Assembly (NCBI GenBank): GCA_951406725.2
Contig: OX597825.1
Span: 19,406,001 to 19,470,000 of the forward strand
Reading direction: 5' to 3'
From: Octopus vulgaris
Lineage: Eukaryota
Length of the DNA: 64,000 nucleotides
Shown: positions 55,045-64,000 of the stretch, one piece after another
How the letters are laid out: each line of letters begins with the position of its first letter
How positions within the stretch are numbered: the first letter of the stretch is position 1
Program-made: the position numbers and the translations under genes
The notes under the pieces: model-generated
The model's input: the letters and a program-made list of their open reading frames with translations, nothing else
Databases searched by the model: none
Told to the model about the DNA's origin: nothing

Positions 55045-55736
55045 CATACATACATACATACATACATACATACATACATACATACATACATACATACATA
55101 AGTACGTACATACATAGATAGGTGTGCGTATGTGAGTCTCTGCGTGGAGGGAGAAGTGTACATTCGAAGTTAAAGTCGACGACGTAAATATCATCTTATT
55201 GTCTTCTTACACTCCAGCTAAACATTCACAAACTAAATCGAGTTGGTAAAAATAGCAAGAAATAATGAATATCTATAACGGGTAATTAATGACTAAGCTA
55301 TCTCTCCTTCCTCTTGATATAGAATATATTGTATTGACAAAGACCCATTGAGATAAAATTAGAGCAAAGATGTTAACGTTTTATCAGTAAACAATAACTT
55401 ACAAAGCAATCTTAATAGCTTATAGTCACAAAGCAGTTAGGAAATAAAGCTACAGATTTAGATGAATTACAAAGAATTACATGACATGTTTTCAATTGTT
55501 TCGGACCATATATTTCCGGGCATACATGGAGAACTGCATAAGAAATGTAGAACAATCCATTTAAATAAATACATACTCATCATCTTGTTCACTATAGATA
55601 TTTTCTTTTTCTATAATGCCACAAACATGCACACATATGTATTTGTGCGAGTGTGAACATACGTATTTGTATATATGTAGAAAAAGAATATCATATATAA
55701 ATATATATATATATAAATACATGTATGTATATATAT

Positions 55737-55791
<55 letters not shown>

Positions 55792-56456
55792 CATATGTAT
55801 ATATGTATATATATACAGTATATATGTATATATATGTATATATATATATATATATGTATGTATATATATGTATATATGTGTATATATATATATGTATATG
55901 CATGTGTATATACATATGTACATACATATTCAATATGTATTTATGTATATACATATACATATGTATACATGTATGTACATACATAGCCATATATATATAC
56001 ATGTGTATAAATACATATATATATATACATACCTGTACACACTCTCTCTCACTCTCACACGCACACACACACACACAGATATATATACATAAATGCACAC
56101 AAAAGACACAGCTACAAATTCTTGTTTCTATATGGGCACATGATGTACACTTTCTATATCTGCGTACGGTGTACAGAAAAGCACTGAGTTTATTTGCCAC
56201 CATATCTGGTAATATTATTATGTACATTCTATCTCTGAACAAATGCCAATGTGGAGGAACTGACAATGTCATATCAACGTTTATTTTTAAATATATTGTC
56301 CAACGCCGGTAAGAATAACAGACATTGTTTGATCTTTACGAACATAATGTTCTCTTAGATAGCAGAACCTCTATTTTTTTTCCTATATTTTTATGTTGTA
56401 AATGAACAATGTAGAAGAAAAATGTATATTACGCTTATCTTTCTTTCTATCGTTTT

Positions 56457-56514
<58 letters not shown>

Positions 56515-57124
56515 GTTTGTTTTTGTTTTGTCTATTTTCCTCTGTTTTTCTGTGGTTTACATTATTTTGAAGTTATCGCCACTCAATGAAAGACAAATAA
56601 ATTTAGTGATCACCTATATCTATTTACGCACAAAGGAACACACAATATAGACATTTATAAACACAGGCATACACATATAGATACATACATATGTGTGCGT
56701 TTGTGAGTTTTTGTGTGCATATATGTGTGTATGTGTGTGTATGAGTATTGTATCTATGGGAGTGCTTGTATCTTGTGAAAAGAGAATCGAGTTATATTCA
56801 ACAAACGCTGTATTCTATTGGAATAGTTCGAATCAACGCAAAAACAAGGCGATAAAATATGCCTGATTAAATATTGATGAATATGCAGGATTAAAGGCAG
56901 ATACACATCACGCGGCACAAGTTTTATATGACCACAAAGGTGGTCCTATATCGGATTAAATGTGGTGCTATATACCCGATGATAATTAGCAAAGGCAACT
57001 AAGTGACTCAAGGTCCGAGAAAATCTCAAACCTTGGGTTATTCTGTTGCTGCTACTAAATATGAATAATATATATATGTATATATATATTTATGGTGAAG
57101 GCGTGGCTGCGTGGTAAGAAAGTA

Positions 57125-57363
57125 CACAGTGTTTTGAAAAGTCATCCACATAGAGTGCATGTCCGATTTAGACCACCAAGAACGGCCGTTAAGTTCTCAT
57201 CTTTGTGGACCTTAAAATGTCTTTTGAGGCCTCTGTTAGATTTGCAGACCTTATGGCATACATGGCATTGAAAGGTGTGCACAGAGGTATAGGCAGAATA
57301 GTTGATGAAGCAAAAGGAAGGTATGGTCTGTCACAAACTGTACACACAAAAAGGTCATTGTGA
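57125..57363 (-). pseudogene. Fragment encoding tandem C2H2 zinc fingers, probably the C-terminus of an RTE-like LINE
   Basis: FVCTVCDRPY / FQCHVCHKVCKSNRGLKRHFKVH / CTLCG*LFKTL; contains a stop and a frameshift; no TGEKP linkers. Confidence 0.6.
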
Positions 57364-58269
57364 TTCACATTCTCGATTATAAATAAGGTTCTTCTTTAAA
57401 TCCATATGCATATTCATATATACATACAAAGAGAGGGAGAGTAAGAGCAAGAGAGAAAGAGTAAAATACACAGGGAGAGAGCGAGAGAGATAGAAAGAAA
57501 GAACGAAAGAAAGAAAGAGAGAGAGTGAGGGGGGAGAAAGAAAAGGATTAAGTATTTTATTTCGTACAACTATTCTCTTGAGACAGGAGATTTCGAAAAA
57601 AGGTAAGTCATTCTTCATTTCTTCCAACATTTAGAATTTCACTTTGGTTCTAAGTCAAGAAGAATGCAATTATTTCTGTTAAATGTAATATTTATGTTAG
57701 TTACCGTTACTTAAATTGGTTTTAAATAATTTTATAAATTTTATAAATTTTCAAAACAAAACAAACTTTAGAATTTGCCTCAATACATTTGCTTTAAATA
57801 TAGACTTGACGGAAGTCTGTTCGATATGAGTCTATTTACTCATACATTAATTAAAATAACAATATTTAATTAAATAGCTTTCGACTTTCGAAATAGCTCT
57901 CTTACATAAATAAGAATCTCTGGGGTTTTGTTTTGTTTTGTTTTTTTTCCTGGATTTTTCCACATTTAATAGTATCCCACATTTTAAAACACCCGTGGGC
58001 GAATTTTTTCTAACATAAAAAGAGATTTAAAATCCATATTTTTTAAAAACTTATATGCGCCGCCCCCTTTGCCTTGCCTTCAGAACACCAATCACCACTG
58101 AAAGTATTTTCTATCTTTTGTGTTTGTTATCTTTTGTGATGATATGATATTCCATATTTTGAAATTTACAATCTCCAACTTTTCAGAAAACAATATCAGA
58201 ATATCTATCATGCATAATTCAGATCTCCTACGTCGTCTTCGTTTCTTTTTATGCTTTTTTTTCATTTAC

Positions 58270-58696
58270 ACTTTTATACGTTTCAGTCATTTGACTGCGG
58301 CCGTGCAGTCGAACAAGAGGACTTATTCTTTGTAAACCTAGTACTTATTCTATCGGACCCTTTTACCGAACCGCTAAGTTACTGGAACATAAACACACCA
58401 ACATCCGTTGTCAAGAGATGGTGGGGACAAACACAGATACAAAGACACACACAAATATATATACATGTATATATATATATAACTTTGATAGAAATAAGCA
58501 TTCTTGACTGCTATTTCTATTTTTTCGGTATGCGGTCAAGCAACCTGTTTTGCCTGTCCCTTTTTCTTATATACAATATATATACTGAACTTTACAGAAG
58601 TTCCTGCCGGTAATCGGCTATATTTACATACCGAATTCTACCAGTAAATAATTGGTTTTTTTTTAAAGGCCTTTATAGAAATTATTTACTCTTATC

Positions 58697-58748
<52 letters not shown>

Positions 58749-58880
58749 CAACGGACTTCTTTCAGCTTCCGTCTACCAAATCCACTCACAGGGCTTTGGT
58801 CGGTCCAAGGTTATGGTAGTAACACTTGTCCAATGTGCCATGCAGTGGGACTGAACCTGGAACCATGAGGTTGGGCAGTA
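58270..58880 (-). mobile_element. SINE family A interrupted inside its microsatellite by a ~220-bp insert
   Basis: 3' half at 58270-58470 and 5' half at 58745-58880 are collinear; the intervening 58481-58700 is non-SINE and TA-flanked. Confidence 0.75.
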
Positions 58881-59354
58881 ACCGAGGCGAGTGTCTTCTA
58901 CTATAGTCTATGGCCGACCTCAGACTTGTTAGTAGATTTGGAAGACGGAAACTGAAAGACGCCCGTCGTATGTATATAGTTATGTGTGTTTATGGCAACC
59001 GATGTTGGTGTGTTTATGTTATGTCGCAATACTATACAGTGGCTGTGTGTGCTTCGAAATCCTCGTCGCCAGTGTTATGTCGCACGTTCGGATGCCTTCT
59101 ACTCAACTCGACTTCTCTACTCTCTACCCACTACTCAACTCTGTTCTAGTATACACTGCTGACGGCTAAGCTTCTCCCTATATATCTACGTATTGGGCTA
59201 GCCTACTTCATCGTCTGGGGGCGTCCACACAAAAAAATCTAAATGGCAGACTTAACAAACCATTGAACAATTTATCACAGCAGTAAACTCAAAGCACAAG
59301 CCTTTTTACGGGTTCGAATACGCCTCAAGTATATTTGAACTGGTTACAATTATA

Positions 59355-59702
59355 TATTTTACTTGTTTCTGTCATTAGACAGCGGCCATGATGGTGCAAC
59401 ACCTTGAAATATTTTTTTTCGAATGAATCGACACCAGTGTTTTTGTTTTGAAGCCTGATACATATTTTATCAATCTCTTTTTCTAAAACGCTAAGTTGCA
59501 TGGACGTAAACACACTATCACTGGCTGTCATGTGTTGGGGGGACAAACACAGACATACACACATGCATATGTGTGTGTATACGACGAATTCTTACTGTTT
59601 CCGTCTCTCAAATCTATTCACATGTTAGCCAGAAACTATAGAGAAATTATAGAAGATTGAAACCGGTACCGTATAGTTTACAAACAAGCTTCTTACCACA
59701 CA
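59355..59702 (-). mobile_element. SINE family A, old diverged copy
   Basis: ttttacttgtttc...gctaagtt...ggacgtaaacac...ggacaaacacagac...aagcttcttaccacac. Confidence 0.7.
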
Positions 59703-59899
59703 TTGGTATCAAATAAGCAAATTTACTAGTGGATACTTACTGGCAACTCACATATAGTAAAACATTAAGACAAGGACAATCACGGTCTTATACATACACT
59801 CGTACATACACGGGTAATTAAAATAAGGTGAAAGATAATACATTGATGAAATTATTTCATGTTTATTTCTTGTGTTGCTGGTATCGATAAATTTTCCAC

Positions 59900-60350
59900 T
59901 TTTACTTTCCTTCATATTTTAGGCATTATTGAAAATATACTGGTACAGTCTTTTAAAGAGATAGCCGCTTCTAGCCATGAAATAAGATCTCATACATGAT
60001 AGGTAAGTGGTGTGAGACTTCGAATTCCTTGTAGCACTGATATTCGCTGATTGAGGCATTCGATACCACAGGTTTCAGCTAAAACACTCATGTCCGAAAT
60101 TTATTTTGCTACTTAAATGTATATCAATATATCATCAAACAGATAATGCAAATATAAGTTTTATGATATTTGCTATATTCTTACGAACGTGGACATACTG
60201 TTGAAAGCCACAGTGCTACAGAATTCGCCTTCAGATAGTATCTCGTACAGATGTCTTCTACAGATACACTTCTGTACCATTTAGCAGTTTCTTTGGCTTT
60301 CTGCACTATATCCACGATAATCTGAACTAATTTCGCTAATGACGAATATT
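59900..60350 (-). pseudogene. Possible decayed hAT-like transposase fragment
   Basis: Minus frame IVDIVQKAKETAKWYRSVSVEDIC loosely resembles the IxxExKxAKxFSIxxDExxD region; weak. Confidence 0.25.
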
Positions 60351-61108
60351 TTAAAAGCTTTCAAATGTAAATATTAGAAAGTTTTATGGTGACTAGCTAC
60401 AGTCTCTGACATTGATATTTATTTATTTTGGGGACCAGTTTCGATAAAGACCATGCATTTTCGTTTCGATAAAGACAATGAATTTTATTGAGAGGCGTAG
60501 CTGTAACTTACAATGTTACAAAATATCAGAGTTGCAAGGATACAAAATATCAGAGTTCGTAACACCATTTCCAATTGGTATGAATATATTTCTAGAAAAA
60601 AACATTATTGTTTGCTTTGCAAGTTGAAAGTTACAAAAAATAATATAGTAGTTTTATATATTTTATAACTATTCACAGCATCGCCACATTATTGCTCATA
60701 TATAGCAAAGAAGAGACAGGTGAATATGTGTGAATGTGTAGGATAGACAGAAAGACATCAAGACAGAGAGAAAAAAAAAAAGAAAGCGTGTTACATATTA
60801 AAATTAAAGGAAATATAATTTTTCTATTATAAATCAGCTACAGAAAAATTATCAATTTTCATACATCCAATACGCCGTGTTTGGGATAAAATAATAAAAA
60901 GCTTACGTGATGTTTAAATTCGTAATCTTCTTACAGATTTTAATACATAGCTGGGAGCAAGGCGTATTCTTACTTATAGTATTGTGTACATAAGTATGTA
61001 TGTATGCATGCATGTATGTGTGTATGTATGCATACATGAATGTCTGCATGCATGCATGCATGTAAGTGAAGGTGTGGGCTTCTGTGCGTTTGTGTGTTTC
61101 TGTATGTG

Positions 61109-61139
<31 letters not shown>

Positions 61140-61153
61140 TGTATGTGTGTCTA

Positions 61154-61210
<57 letters not shown>

Positions 61211-61622
61211 GTATGTATGCGTATACACACTCGTTTCAGATGGATGTAGATACAGCCACCTACATATTAGAAGTGTATGAGCTTATATGTATATGTGAGT
61301 GTATATGTATTAAATATACATATATGAACATAGAAATGAATATATAAATGTATATATGTACATATGTTTATATCTATAATATATATATATATCTATATAT
61401 ATAAATATAAATACTCACCCACACACTCACATACACACACACACGCGCGCATACAAACACACACACACACACTCCACAAAAATTTCAAGTTATGTTATAT
61501 AGAATATTTGAAACTAGTGTAAAATAATTTTCTTTAAAATATTAGATTCGAAGTAATTTACAAGACTAAACAGAAGGCCATAGGGTATTTAATGATGATT
61601 ATAATTATGATGATTAACTAAC

Positions 61623-61665
<43 letters not shown>

Positions 61666-62406
61666 TTAATAATGATAATAATAATAACAGTGTTAAAAAT
61701 TCATAACATTATTAAAATTTATTTTTGTTATTGATGTTTATTTTTTTATATATTTGGAAGGGCGGAATATATTTAATTCACATATATGTACGTTTATAAA
61801 ATATATTTTATTGATTGCAATATAAGCCGAAAATGATTTCGGCTGTATTTATTTACAAAAAAGTTTATCCCATATAAAGATATCCTGAGGTGAACCGTAA
61901 AGACCATCCTTAAACCATTCACCTAACTTACAAAAATTCCCTCCTGTATGATTTAAAGCGCTTTATTTCAACTTACAGTAAAATGGCAATGGAAAACTAA
62001 TATATAGATTATTATAAACTGTAAACAAATTTTCAGACATTACTTTGTTTCTAACATAAACTCTAATTAACACTCTATCGACAAAAAAGTATATGCATTT
62101 ATTTTTTTTCTATATCTGCGTTTACCTATAAATCTATTTTCAGTTTTTGTATATACGTTTTTCCTCAATCTCCACCTCCATCTCTACGTCATTTCATAAA
62201 CTTTTATCTGTGTGTCTGTGTGTACATGTGTGTGCACGCGTATCTGAGTGCGTGTGCGTGAGTGGATTGTATGTGTGTTGGTGTAGATACGTATATTTAA
62301 AAAGCTCACTTAGCAATTATGGCATTCTCTATTGGTTCGATCTTGTGCAATGGGATCTTGTGCAATAGTTATTTTCATCTTTTACATTTTTTGGTTACCA
62401 TTGTCA

Positions 62407-62698
62407 AGCGGCGAGCTGGCAGAATCGTTAGCACGCTGGGCGAAATGCATAGCCGTATTTCGTTCGCCGTTACGTTCTGAGTTCAAATTCCGCCAAGGTC
62501 GACTTTGCCTTTCATCCTTTCGGGTTCGATAAATTAAGTACCAGATACGTACTTGGGTCGATGTAATCGAGTTAATCACTTTGTCTGTCCTTGTTTGTCC
62601 TCTCTGTGTTTAGCCCCTTGTAGGTAGTAAAGAAATAGGTATTTGTTTGTCCTTGTTTGTCTCCTCTATGTTTAACCTTATGTGGCCAATAAGAAATA
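62407..62698 (+). mobile_element. SINE family B
   Basis: gcggcgagctggcagaatcgttagcacg head, core, duplicated 3' unit. Confidence 0.9.
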
Positions 62699-62942
62699 AA
62701 AATAAAATTTTGGAGTGAAACTGAAAAAAGGGACACTGCATTGTAGTCTATGGAATACATATCTTGTAATTCGAAGTATCAGTCATACCATATCCTTTGT
62801 CACGTTGATTCTGCGTAAGATTTAGCTTAATGAAATGTATGTCTATCAAATGGTCAGTCATTTGCACATAAATTAAATGAGGTAGTTTGTGTGTTTTAAA
62901 ATGATCTAATGTTCAACGTCGGAACCGACGTTGAAGTAAACA

Positions 62943-63356
62943 TACTCTCTTTTACTCTTTTACGTGTTTCAGTCATTTGACTGTGGTCATGCTGGAGCAC
63001 CACCTTGAGTCTTGCAAATCGACCCTAGGATTTATTCTTTGAAAGCCTAGTACTTATTTTATCGGTCTCATTGCCGAACCGCTAAGTTACGGGGGACGTA
63101 AACACACCAGCATCGGTTGTCAAGCGATGTTAGAGGACAAACACAGACACACAAACATATACACACACATACATATCTATATCTATATATATATACATAT
63201 ACACGCCGGGCTTCTTTCAGTTTCCGTCTACCAAATTCACTCACAAGGCTTTAGTCGGCGCGAGGCTATAGTAGAAGACACTTGTCTAAGATGCCACGCT
63301 GTGGGACTGAAACCGGAACCGTGTGGCTCGTAAGCAAGTTACCACACAGCCACTCC
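62943..63356 (-). mobile_element. SINE family A, full length
   Basis: Tail tactctcttttactctttta through head cacagccactcc. Confidence 0.9.
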
Positions 63357-63861
63357 GAAACAAATCACTCAACAAAACCCTCTTCAGTGATGATTCCCAT
63401 CTGGTCACGGAAGAGACTGCAAGGATTTATAAGGACACCATGCATGCCGCTCATCTCTCCGATGAGAGCAGCATCCTGTAAATCATTGGTACTGTTGACC
63501 AATAGCCTACAACAAAGCCAAAAATCTACTTTCTATGATTAAAATCTGGAGTCTGTGAAGGCCACATAAAGCTTGTGGAAGTCACCTTTTATGTTCCTCA
63601 TAGAATATTTGTATGACTTATGTCTGATGTGTTTGTACCTCAGATTGCGTTACTTGGAAATATACCCCGTCGTTTTCATTAGTTGTTTTTGTTGATTTCC
63701 TGGAGCTGATGGACTAATTTAACCTTTCGGAGGAAGTATTTGTTTGCCTTTTGTCCGGAGCAACATATCCTCAGCAGGTTCCATAAGCGAATTCCCGATT
63801 CTAAACATTAAAATCATGGTCATGTTCTTTGTAGTGACAAAGCCATTTAAATCCCTGCTAT

Positions 63862-63898
<37 letters not shown>

Positions 63899-64000
63899 GC
63901 AAGGAAAAATTGTAAAAATGCAGAATGCTAAATTGAAAGAAAATTTTAATGAAATGAGAAATTGATAAAATATATAAATATATATTTATTCAAACCGGTT

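Overview
AT-rich eukaryotic (animal) DNA dominated by (TA)n/(CA)n/(TAA)n/(GATA)n microsatellites and interspersed repeats. The SINE families resemble those I recall from Octopus, so the taxon is inferred, not proven. No host protein-coding gene is supported, and most of the ORF track (IYIY/CVCV/THTH runs) is microsatellite artefact. The one long intact ORF (23822-24916) is the 5'-truncated 3' half of an R4/Dong-like restriction-like-endonuclease (RLE) non-LTR retrotransposon sitting in a (TAA)n tract. Also present: about 30 copies of four tRNA-type SINE families (several with target-site duplications), decayed mariner, maT-like, hAT-like, CR1/L2 and RTE remnants, two probable non-autonomous Helitrons and several foldback/MITE structures. 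The most notable signal is a set of short (TA)n-embedded, often self-inverted elements resembling Penelope-like (PLE) termini. Three of them carry hammerhead-ribozyme motifs: one canonical with a very long stem II, and two minimal copies sharing a CUGU-N-GA core variant. Repeat boundaries were read by eye and are approximate (about 10-20 bp).
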